A program made the translations under genes and the position numbers. The notes below the pieces were generated by a model. That model made no database searches, was not told the origin of the DNA, and saw nothing but the letters and a program-made list of their open reading frames with translations. DNA of 11,846 nt from a virus (lineage: Duplodnaviria; Heunggongvirae; Uroviricota; Caudoviricetes): positions 1-11,846 of IMG/VR virus record IMGVR_UViG_2579779084_000004. One strand, written 5' to 3'. Position 1 is the first letter of the stretch. Each line of letters opens with the position of its first letter. Shown in pieces: positions 1-6,657 of the stretch.

Positions 1-176
1 GCGGTTTTTGTCAGTTTTTTGGATGCCAGCAACTGATTGAACATATTTCCTGGTTTGCCACCACCTATATACGACCAACGCCCCCACATCCGTAATTTCC
101 CCTGGATCCAGACGGCTTCCAGCGTTTTTAGACGTAAATGCTCGCCGCTTTTGCCTGTAATTTCCGGGTATATCAT
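1..176 (-). CDS. Partial CDS (N-terminal 58 codons, continues past window start): possible late-gene antiterminator Q-like protein
   Basis: ATG at 176 (minus) reads open to position 1: MIYPEITGKSGEHLRLKTLEAVWIQGKLRMWGRWSYIGGGKPGNMFNQLLASKKLTKT. The WG-W motif and the position immediately downstream of rusA fit lambdoid Q genes. No clear SD; assignment from memory of Q N-termini only. Confidence 0.35.
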   Translation of the reverse strand, partial: MIYPEITGKSGEHLRLKTLEAVWIQGKLRMWGRWSYIGGGKPGNMFNQLLASKKLTKT

Positions 177-184
177 ATTTACGA

Positions 185-550
185 TCACTCACTCTCAATT
201 TTGTAAATCTTCACGCCCAGCCGCCCCCCAGGAACGAGCTGACCGCGCACAATATTGATTTCATCAAACTGCTCGTCGTCTATGAGAAGTCCGGCATGCG
301 TCAGCGCATCCAGTGGTGCTTTCAGGATATTGTCCAGGTCACGACGACGTTTATCCGGTGGCTCTGCAATAATCTTTATCGCCAGCCTTCCGGACAGGTT
401 TAATTTCAGCCGCTGCTGGCGAACAATAAGCGCCACATCACGGCGATAACGCTCACCGGCTTTTGATACAAAATATGTGCTGCCACGACGTCGCCAGTAA
501 GTGTTCACCGTTGGCGGGTAAGGCAAAACAAATTCTATGCGTTCAGTCAT
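185..550 (-). CDS. rusA: RusA-family Holliday junction resolvase (crossover junction endodeoxyribonuclease)
   Basis: 121-aa ORF with ATG start; contains the DKRRRDLDN motif and overall resemblance to E. coli RusA. Its ATG directly abuts the upstream stop (TGAATG), typical nin-region context. Confidence 0.88.
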   Translation of the reverse strand: MTERIEFVLPYPPTVNTYWRRRGSTYFVSKAGERYRRDVALIVRQQRLKLNLSGRLAIKIIAEPPDKRRRDLDNILKAPLDALTHAGLLIDDEQFDEINIVRGQLVPGGRLGVKIYKIESE

Positions 551-1609
551 TCATGCTTTCCACTTCAGGACACCCGAATTTCTCGCGTGCATTAAAAAAC
601 GAATCAGCAACAACAGCTGGCTGCCGTGTTTTTCTTCAAAATCTTTTACCCCGGCGTGTAGTTCGCTATGGCATTTACGGCACAGCGGAATAACAAACAA
701 ATCATCAGCCTTTGTTCCCATCCCTCCCAGTCCATGACCCATGATATGATGCGGATCATCTGCCTGATTGCCACACGTCATGCATTTCTGCGTTTTTACC
801 CAACGCGTGTATACAGGCATCTCTTCCCGTTGTGGTTTCTGGCGCTGGAGATACTGAGCCGGTGACTCCGGATCAACGGCAATGCTGACCACCGTCTTTT
901 CCTGTGGTGGATTCTGTTGCTGGTGGGCGTGAGGCAACGGCGCAATATTTTTTGTGCGCTGCTTCAGTATGCTGATGGCGGTCTGCTCTCCCGGTACGAT
1001 GTCGCTCTCGCGGTATACTGAGCGGATTTTTTCACCCGGAAGCTTCAGGATTCGACGCGCCATATTTTCGGTCATGGCATCCACTACATCATTTACAGAA
1101 GCCCAGCAGCACAATTCAGCCAGCGATAATTCCCGCTCCTGCGTGCCATTCACTGCATGGCGTATGACGTCAATCATCCATGCTGACAGGTTTTGATGAG
1201 CAAGTTGCCCGAGTGATTCGGAGGTCTGGTCACGCAGCTGGTTGTCGCAGTGCCAGCACAACACCATTGCGCCGATACCATAACGATGTATGACGGTTTC
1301 GCTGTGATGATAATCGCCGTGTGGCCACTGGCAGGATTTAACGTGGCGTAACAGCCAGTCAGACAGCGCACCAGCACCGCCAGCAGCACGAATCACCCGC
1401 TCATCGCTGAAAAATGGCAGTAGTGATTTATCCTCCGCCAATGGCTGGCGAACGGCAGGAACGACTCCGGACGGCAGACCGCGCATGCTTTTCGGTTCCG
1501 GCTCCACCAGTACACGACCGCTGCGGAATACCTGCATGGATTCACGACCAGGCTTAAGGACCACCAGCCCAAGTTCCGGTACCGGAACAGATCGAAGTAA
1601 TACCCGCAC
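551..1609 (-). CDS. DUF968-like phage protein with Cys/His-rich (HNH/zinc-finger-like) segment
   Basis: 352-aa ORF with GTG start at 1609 preceded by GGAGG at 4-5 nt spacing. Contains CMTCGN...HHIMGHG...CRKCHSELH; sits immediately upstream of rusA as DUF968 genes do in E. coli prophages. Confidence 0.65.
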   Translation of the reverse strand: MRVLLRSVPVPELGLVVLKPGRESMQVFRSGRVLVEPEPKSMRGLPSGVVPAVRQPLAEDKSLLPFFSDERVIRAAGGAGALSDWLLRHVKSCQWPHGDYHHSETVIHRYGIGAMVLCWHCDNQLRDQTSESLGQLAHQNLSAWMIDVIRHAVNGTQERELSLAELCCWASVNDVVDAMTENMARRILKLPGEKIRSVYRESDIVPGEQTAISILKQRTKNIAPLPHAHQQQNPPQEKTVVSIAVDPESPAQYLQRQKPQREEMPVYTRWVKTQKCMTCGNQADDPHHIMGHGLGGMGTKADDLFVIPLCRKCHSELHAGVKDFEEKHGSQLLLLIRFLMHARNSGVLKWKA

Positions 1610-1610
1610 G

Positions 1611-1883
1611 TTACCTCCAGAACCGTTGCTGGAATGTGCGGGACGGACGCGGTGGGCGTTCGGAATAAGGGAGTCTGACGTAGATTATCCAGTGACGATA
1701 ATCGAGGCTGAGGGCTTTCTTAATCTCGTATCCGTGTCTGCGGTAGCGCTGAATCAGCCATTCGGCCTGTTCTTCAGTACATGGTGGGTGTTGGTACCAG
1801 TCGGTTTTAAATGCGTGTGAACGCCGCCCATGCCGGATGGCAAGGGCGGTATCAGAATTGTGAAATTTGGTTTTGTGCGCCAT
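1611..1883 (-). CDS. Hypothetical phage nin-region protein (90 aa)
   Basis: ATG at 1883 (MAHKTKFHNSD...), downstream of a terminator hairpin; stop sits 1 nt before the DUF968 GTG. The track's longer GTG start at 2042 would place the terminator inside the gene. No strong SD. Confidence 0.4.
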   Translation of the reverse strand: MAHKTKFHNSDTALAIRHGRRSHAFKTDWYQHPPCTEEQAEWLIQRYRRHGYEIKKALSLDYRHWIIYVRLPYSERPPRPSRTFQQRFWR

Positions 1884-1952
1884 CGGTTGTCTCTGCTGGC
1901 GCAGCAGGTGCCAGTTGTTCAGGCTGGCGTGCGAATTGTAAACCAGAATGCC

Positions 1953-1983
1953 AGGAAAAAACAAAACCCGCCGAAGCGGGTTA
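1953..1983 (-). terminator. Rho-independent terminator (probable 3' end of the hok mRNA)
   Basis: Plus-strand aacccgc-cgaa-gcgggtt (1965-1982) is a 7-bp stem with tetraloop; on the minus strand it is followed by TTTGTTTTTTCC. Lies about 70 nt downstream of the hok stop. Confidence 0.55.
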
Positions 1984-2050
1984 AGTGCGGGTGCGTTGAG
2001 GATGCCTGACTCATCAGAGGTGGCGAGGGATTTCTCCCTCACCTGGTCTC

Positions 2051-2206
2051 TTACTCCTCAGGTTCGTAAGCTGTGAAGACAGCGACCTCCGTCTGGCCGG
2101 TTCGGATTCGTACCTCGCAGAGGTCTTTCCTCGTTACCAGTGCCGTCACTATGACGGTTAAACAGATGACGATCAGGGCGATTAACATCGCCTTTTGCTG
2201 CTTCAT
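2051..2206 (-). CDS. hok: Hok/Gef-family type I toxin (51 aa, HokD/RelF-like membrane peptide)
   Basis: ATG at 2206 gives MKQQKAMLIALIVICLTVIVTALVTRKDLCEVRIRTGQTEVAVFTAYEPEE, which I recognise as Hok family: single TM helix plus the conserved C-terminal TGQTEVAVF motif. Confidence 0.85.
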   Translation of the reverse strand: MKQQKAMLIALIVICLTVIVTALVTRKDLCEVRIRTGQTEVAVFTAYEPEE

Positions 2207-2263
2207 AGCCTGCTTCCCCTTGCCTTTCGGCACGTAAGAGGCTAACCTACATTTGTGAGACAT
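2051..2263 (-). CDS. mok: Mok-like in-frame leader reading frame (70 aa) overlapping hok
   Basis: ATG at 2263 with GAGG 8 nt upstream; the N-terminal extension MSHKCRLASYVPKGKGKQA- is in frame with hok, as in chromosomal mokC/hokC. Confidence 0.45.
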   Translation of the reverse strand: MSHKCRLASYVPKGKGKQAMKQQKAMLIALIVICLTVIVTALVTRKDLCEVRIRTGQTEVAVFTAYEPEE

Positions 2264-2330
2264 AGATTGGGCCTCAGATTAATGTTAAGCGTCTTGCAGG
2301 ACGCGTAATGTTAACTGGGGCTTTTCTCTA
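2230..2330 (+). ncRNA. sok: Sok-like antisense RNA region (boundaries approximate)
   Basis: Inferred from hok/sok architecture: antisense to the hok leader and mok initiation region. A plus-strand TTGCCT...TAACCT promoter-like pair lies near 2219-2247. No clean terminator identified, so ends are uncertain. Confidence 0.3.
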
Positions 2331-2375
2331 TCTGCCTTTTGGTGTTCATGCCTGAGACAGATAGCCTCAAGCACC

Positions 2376-2420
2376 CGCAGTTATTCTACTTAACTAAGAT
2401 TTCCCCGCAAACCGTTTTTG
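2376..2420 (-). promoter_or_regulatory. Probable hok mRNA promoter and 5' end
   Basis: Minus strand reads TTGCGG-16 nt-TAGAAT (-10 at 2383-2388). The predicted transcript start GGGUGCUUGAGGCUAUCUG... resembles the 5' end of R1 hok mRNA as I recall it. Confidence 0.35.
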
Positions 2421-2465
2421 TCCGGCACAGTAAATATCCAACTAAACCAATGGCGTTCGCTGTAT

Positions 2466-2645
2466 TTACCGCCAGTATTCAATGCACATGACCGCCATGA
2501 ACACCCCTAAAAAAAGGGCATTTATATGTCCAAACATTAATATCAAAACATCAATTTTTTCCATATACCTTGCTGTGAAGATGATGGGCATACATGATGC
2601 GAACAACCAGAACGCAACAAACAAAAACTGCAATGCGTTTTTCAT
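2466..2645 (-). CDS. Putative small hydrophobic membrane protein (59 aa) in AT-rich island
   Basis: ATG at 2645 preceded by GGGGG with 4-nt spacing; MKNALQFLFVAFWLFASCMPIIFTARYMEKIDVLILMFGHINALFLGVFMAVMCIEYWR has two hydrophobic stretches. AT-rich codon usage; no homolog recognised. Confidence 0.3.
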   Translation of the reverse strand: MKNALQFLFVAFWLFASCMPIIFTARYMEKIDVLILMFGHINALFLGVFMAVMCIEYWR

Positions 2646-2765
2646 TATTCCCCCTACAATCAATGTGCAATAACATTTAAACACACCTCAATTTGGCCGG
2701 ACATATAAATATCTAAACCAGAAAAAATCACTTACATAGCGTTACAAACTCTTTAGTCTAAATAT

Positions 2766-3281
2766 TCATCGTAAAACATCCTCCACGCTTATCAGTCCAT
2801 TTGGTTTCAGGTAATCCATCGCCTTCTCCGGTAATTTGCAGTCCGGCTGAGCTTTTTTCAGTTGACTGACCAGTCGTTTAACCCACATTGTTAATTCGCT
2901 AACCTGATTGCCGGATGCTGGTGGATTGTCGGCTTTACCCAGAATGGCAGCGCAGCAGGCCTCTCTGAGCACCCAGTCAACAGCATCCTTCCATGCTCCT
3001 GTTTCGACTGGCGGATTCTCACGCTTTACCTGTTCATAAAAGCGCACGGCTTTAACCAGTCCTTCTGATGTCACCGGGACTGGCGGGCCGATGAATAAGG
3101 CCTGAATTTCATAGTTCGGCCTGTCGTTACAATCCTCTTTTGTCGGTACATATTTCCAGTCACCAGCCCACGGCTTCCCCTGAAAGTCTGTAACGTCTTT
3201 TTTCACGTAGCGATATCGCCATGCAACTGGTTTTGCCTGCCCTGCCGTTTCATGCCCTTCCTGATAATTAATCTCGCTCAT
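2766..3281 (-). CDS. Hypothetical phage protein (171 aa)
   Basis: ATG at 3281 overlaps the upstream stop (ATGA); long ORF with normal composition. No family recognised. Confidence 0.55.
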   Translation of the reverse strand: MSEINYQEGHETAGQAKPVAWRYRYVKKDVTDFQGKPWAGDWKYVPTKEDCNDRPNYEIQALFIGPPVPVTSEGLVKAVRFYEQVKRENPPVETGAWKDAVDWVLREACCAAILGKADNPPASGNQVSELTMWVKRLVSQLKKAQPDCKLPEKAMDYLKPNGLISVEDVLR

Positions 3282-3454
3282 TCATCGCCCCACTCATCAC
3301 AATATGCTTCGATCGGAGTTTTTCCTGCTTCATAATCATCACGCCATGCTTCAGCATCAGCAGCACTGCCACCACGTAACTCTGCATAGTCCATTAACAG
3401 TTCATGCCATTCTTCAAAACTGACGTTGTATTTAGTTGAACCAAAATCAGCCAT
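3278..3454 (-). CDS. Small acidic protein (58 aa), absent from the ORF track (below length cutoff)
   Basis: Hand translation from ATG 3454: MADFGSTKYNVSFEEWHELLMDYAELRGGSAADAEAWRDDYEAGKTPIEAYCDEWGDE. GAGGAAG SD lies upstream; start overlaps the upstream stop (ATGGCTGA) and the stop overlaps the next ATG (ATGA). Confidence 0.45.
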   Translation of the reverse strand: MADFGSTKYNVSFEEWHELLMDYAELRGGSAADAEAWRDDYEAGKTPIEAYCDEWGDE

Positions 3455-3629
3455 TTTGTTCTTCCTCTTCGTCTTTTATTTCGTGATATGAGTAATTGCA
3501 GTAGTTAAAGAAAATATCTTTTGCTTCGTCATGTATTTCATCAGGCGTCGCATCATCATCCACTTCGAATTCATCCTCGAAATCTCCACCGGCTATTCCC
3601 GTTTCAATAATTATTTTAAACTTTCGCAT
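3447..3629 (-). CDS. Small highly acidic protein (60 aa; about 20 Asp/Glu against 5 Lys/Arg)
   Basis: ATG at 3629; AGGAGG SD at 3653-3658 is separated from the ATG by a 16-nt GAAA-tetraloop hairpin. Sequence MRKFKIIIETGIAGGDFEDEFEVDDDATPDEIHDEAKDIFFNYCNYSYHEIKDEEEEQNG. Confidence 0.5.
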   Translation of the reverse strand: MRKFKIIIETGIAGGDFEDEFEVDDDATPDEIHDEAKDIFFNYCNYSYHEIKDEEEEQNG

Positions 3630-3636
3630 TTAACTA

Positions 3637-3652
3637 CCGCCCTTTCGGGCGG
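3637..3652 (-). promoter_or_regulatory. Stable hairpin (CCGCCC-GAAA-GGGCGG) between SD and start codon: split ribosome binding site
   Basis: Perfect 6-bp GC stem with GNRA-type loop on the mRNA strand, flanked 5' by AGGAGG and 3' by 7 nt then ATG. Confidence 0.5.
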
Positions 3653-3722
3653 CCTCCTGATGTTCTGAGGGTGCAGAAATCCCTCCGGTTAAGGATTAAA
3701 TTTTTAACAGAGCTAAATTTAA

Positions 3723-4079
3723 TTATTCAGTTCTGGATTTTGTCGCCCTGCGTATCCGCGCTTTCGCGTTACGCTCAATCTGAATTAGCTTTTCTATATT
3801 TTTTCGCCTTTCCCGCTCCTCCTGACGCAAGAGCCTTACATCATCTGCCAGTCTGGTTTCTCTTTTCGCCACAGAGAGCATCCAGTCAAATGGCTCCACA
3901 ACTGCACCGCATATTTTACAGCGGACCTGACGCTCTTTTTCGTCAACCCGGACAGAGGCGTGATGACAATATGGTCTTTCCGATGGCTCATAAAGAAAAT
4001 TAACCTGATTACGAGGGTCATCCTCTTTTACCGGAAATAAAACGATATTGCTTAACTCATCCTCTGGTTTTATTTCCAT
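3723..4079 (-). CDS. Hypothetical protein (118 aa) with Cys/His cluster and basic coiled-coil-like C-terminus
   Basis: ATG at 4079 with GGAGAGGAG upstream; YCHH...CKICG cluster and a C-terminal Arg/Lys/Glu-rich segment. Overlaps the upstream gene by 23 bp. Confidence 0.55.
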   Translation of the reverse strand: MEIKPEDELSNIVLFPVKEDDPRNQVNFLYEPSERPYCHHASVRVDEKERQVRCKICGAVVEPFDWMLSVAKRETRLADDVRLLRQEERERRKNIEKLIQIERNAKARIRRATKSRTE

Positions 4080-4518
4080 GCTCCTCTCCTTTGATGCGAA
4101 TGCCAGCGACGCGTAATGCGTGTTCTAAGTCAATCAGGTAAAGCCAACTGCCATTTTCTTTAGGTATCATGACATGTCGCTCATCTGCATTTATCGGGTG
4201 TCCATATCGAAGGTCGTAGCGAGTCGGTAATTGAACTTCCCGCGCTTCCAGTTCAGCAATACGCTTGCTCCCATCAGAGATAACGCCTTCGTAATACTCA
4301 CGCTGCTCGTTGAGTTGTGATTTTGCTTCTTCCAGTCCATCCAGCAAATCAGCGATAATATCCGCTTCCCGATGACGGATGTGACGCTTAAACGCAGCAA
4401 GAGCCGCATCACAATCCCGTTCAGCATTTGGGCTGTCCGGGATAGCCTGATACCACGCCAGCGTCGACTGATAGTTTTGTGCTGCCTCACGAAGCGCCTC
4501 ATAGTTAACCTCTCTCAT
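4057..4518 (-). CDS. Hypothetical phage early protein (153 aa)
   Basis: ATG at 4518 preceded by AGGAGGTGG; ATGA overlap with the upstream gene. No family recognised with confidence. Confidence 0.55.
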   Translation of the reverse strand: MREVNYEALREAAQNYQSTLAWYQAIPDSPNAERDCDAALAAFKRHIRHREADIIADLLDGLEEAKSQLNEQREYYEGVISDGSKRIAELEAREVQLPTRYDLRYGHPINADERHVMIPKENGSWLYLIDLEHALRVAGIRIKGEEHGNKTRG

Positions 4519-4811
4519 TGAGCCACCTCCTGATAAATCACCGCATGCCCCAGTTTCTCCGCCAGTGCCAGCTCTGCCTTAGCGCCCGCTGACCGCTGCC
4601 AGCCTTTCAGCATGTAAATCGCATCCACACAACGAATCATTGCCATGCAAATATCCATGTAGTGCGGCTGTGTCAGCCCGTCCGGAAGTACTGCCGGGTT
4701 CAAGACTGTATGCCCTTCCCGTTTCAGTTCCTCTTCCGCCTTGTGGAACGCCTCACGGTTGAAATTTTTATACCCGGTCATTGGACCGGCAATATAAACT
4801 CTCACCCTCAC
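4515..4811 (-). CDS. DUF4406-like protein (nucleoside 2-deoxyribosyltransferase-like fold), 98 aa
   Basis: GTG start at 4811 (GTGA overlap with upstream stop); N-terminal YIAGPMTG...NF..F...AEE.L...GH.V.NPA pattern recalled for DUF4406 proteins. Confidence 0.55.
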   Translation of the reverse strand: MRVRVYIAGPMTGYKNFNREAFHKAEEELKREGHTVLNPAVLPDGLTQPHYMDICMAMIRCVDAIYMLKGWQRSAGAKAELALAEKLGHAVIYQEVAQ

Positions 4812-5125
4812 TCCTGAACTCTCCTGTCGAAATAAACGTAGTTATTCACTGTGCGCAACGGCATTCCAAATTTTCTGGCGATTTCTCTCCTGGGTACGCC
4901 ACGCTGATGCAGCTGTCGCGCCAGTTCAATATCACTCTGCGGATATTTTGTTGACTGGTGATAATCACCCCGTAACATCAGGCTGACACCCAGTTCCCGC
5001 GCTTTCGTTCTGACAGCATCACCTGTACGACCGGTCAGCCTCCCAATGCTTTCGACCGTCATCGTTCCCGCACACTGCCGGAGTATCATGATTTCAGCCT
5101 CGTACCACTTCTTCCAGCCACTCAC
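4808..5125 (-). CDS. Small helix-turn-helix DNA-binding protein (105 aa)
   Basis: GTG start at 5125 (GTGA overlap) with GGAGAG upstream; HTH-like segments [21 protein letters not shown] and [19 protein letters not shown]. Confidence 0.5.
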   Translation of the reverse strand: MSGWKKWYEAEIMILRQCAGTMTVESIGRLTGRTGDAVRTKARELGVSLMLRGDYHQSTKYPQSDIELARQLHQRGVPRREIARKFGMPLRTVNNYVYFDRRVQE

Positions 5126-5883
5126 CGCTGCAGCTCTCCGGTCGCGGTAATATCACGAAGAATATCCCGGTGCTTGTTCAGCTCCCGCAGCGCGGCGCAG
5201 ACTCGTTCCCACTTCTGGACATGACTTTTCGCCCGACGCAGTTCGAGGTTTGCCATATGCAGCGATGGTAAAATCAGGTCATCCGCTCGCGTTTCAGTAA
5301 ACGATGGCAGCGACTGCACAATGCCCGCTACAGTTTCTGTTTTAATTTCTTCCTGTGTTGCGGCTTCCCGGACTGGTAACGCAACACCTGCTGGCTGAGG
5401 AAAGGCCTTACCATCATTTTCCGTTACCGATGCTGCTTTCGGCTCTGCTGGTAAATTACCGCCCGGCATGCAGTAACGAAATTTACCGCTCTGATTAACG
5501 CGTGCCAGCCGCCCCGTTGCAGTTACCACCGCCAGCGTGGAAGCAACCTTGCGAGTACTGATGCCGAACTTACCCGCCAGTTCCTCACACGTTTTAGCCC
5601 CATCCTGACCGATAAACTCAATCATCATGTCTGCTGTAACTTTTTGTTCGACCTCCCCGGTCAGCATATCCTGTGCTTCAGATTTTACTGGCCGCTCTTC
5701 GGTTACCAGGGATTCACTTTCGCCAGCCAGAAACCAGGTGTGACCAGTTTTATCAACGACGCCATTTCTTTTGAGTTCCCACAGCTCGTTGAGAACCTCT
5801 TCACGACTGATATCAAGTCGCGCGGCCAGTTCTACCGATGTGGCTTTTCCCATTGCTTTCAGTGCGTCAAAAACGGTTTCCAT
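5122..5883 (-). CDS. Phage protein with tandem winged-helix-like segments (253 aa; DUF977/DUF1627-like, occupying the Rac ydaW position)
   Basis: ATG at 5883 with GGAGGAAA SD 5 nt upstream; two HTH-like segments ([27 protein letters not shown] and [23 protein letters not shown]). Family name uncertain. Confidence 0.6.
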   Translation of the reverse strand: METVFDALKAMGKATSVELAARLDISREEVLNELWELKRNGVVDKTGHTWFLAGESESLVTEERPVKSEAQDMLTGEVEQKVTADMMIEFIGQDGAKTCEELAGKFGISTRKVASTLAVVTATGRLARVNQSGKFRYCMPGGNLPAEPKAASVTENDGKAFPQPAGVALPVREAATQEEIKTETVAGIVQSLPSFTETRADDLILPSLHMANLELRRAKSHVQKWERVCAALRELNKHRDILRDITATGELQR

Positions 5884-5904
5884 TAAAATTTCCTCCGGAC
5901 AAAA

Positions 5905-6651
5905 TTACTTCACAACCCTCAGGTGTCTGACATTCGAACGCCAGCTCTCCCAGTTAAAATTCACCCAGCGACCACCGTTCATGACCATGCGGTCCATCAC
6001 ACGCTCGCCAAGAAGCGTACTCATCGCTACGTGGTTCAGGTTCGTCAGCATTCCGACACTACGCATCGAAGCCGTTCTGCGGTCGACTATCTGGTTCAGT
6101 GTGACCTGCTCGTTGCGCGTATCCCGCTGCATTCCGATTTCATCCAGGACAAGCAGGTCAACATCACACAACCCCTGTAAAAATTTTTCGCCTGAGTTTT
6201 TGTTGTCGTAGCTGTTGTGTAACGCCAGCATCACATCAGCCACCGTTATCACAATCACGCTGCGACCTTTCGCCAGAAGATGATTGCCAATGGCGGCTGC
6301 AAGGTGGTTCTTTCCGGTACCCGGCTTACCGCTGAACACAAAATTCGTGCACCCGGTCATCAGTTCGTCAGCGATGGATTTTGCCTGGCTCAGCGCATGT
6401 TTTTGCCCGTCGTTCTGCACCTGATAATTCGCAAACGAGCATTTGCTGTGCAGAGGCTGGATGCCCGAACGATTCAGGATTTTTTCCACCCGCAACTGGC
6501 GATTCTGGCGGTTGATCTCCTCGCTACGTTTTCGCCCTTCTGCCAGTTGCCACTCGCGCCACTCGTCCACTGTCCGGTACGGCGCGATTACATGCTGCGG
6601 GGTCAGCTTACGGATACGCTCAAGAACACCACCTGTCGCGATATTTTTCAT
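5905..6651 (-). CDS. DnaC-like replicative helicase loader (AAA+ ATPase; Rac YdaV-like)
   Basis: 248-aa ORF with Walker A GKPGTGKNHLA and Walker B LLVLDEIG; resembles DnaC/IstB-type loaders and sits immediately downstream of the initiator gene. Confidence 0.88.
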   Translation of the reverse strand: MKNIATGGVLERIRKLTPQHVIAPYRTVDEWREWQLAEGRKRSEEINRQNRQLRVEKILNRSGIQPLHSKCSFANYQVQNDGQKHALSQAKSIADELMTGCTNFVFSGKPGTGKNHLAAAIGNHLLAKGRSVIVITVADVMLALHNSYDNKNSGEKFLQGLCDVDLLVLDEIGMQRDTRNEQVTLNQIVDRRTASMRSVGMLTNLNHVAMSTLLGERVMDRMVMNGGRWVNFNWESWRSNVRHLRVVK

Positions 6652-6657
6652 GGCCCG

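Noticed and set aside
255-737. Plus-strand ORFs (255-449, 463-693, 537-737) opposite rusA and the DUF968 gene
   Set aside because: Antisense to well-supported genes, Ser/Arg/Cys-rich translations, no SDs; typical shadow ORFs.
1611-2042. 143-aa version of the nin-region ORF with GTG start at 2042
   Set aside because: It would contain a strong terminator hairpin (1965-1982) plus U-tail inside the coding sequence. The shorter ATG start at 1883 downstream of the terminator is more plausible, though it lacks a strong SD.
2482-2673. 63-aa plus-strand ORF in the AT-rich island
   Set aside because: Antisense to the more plausible small hydrophobic ORF, no SD, AT-rich codon artefact.
4191-4502. 103-aa minus-strand ORF
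   Set aside because: Fully nested in another frame of the better-supported 153-aa gene (4057-4518), which has a strong SD and coupling to its neighbours.
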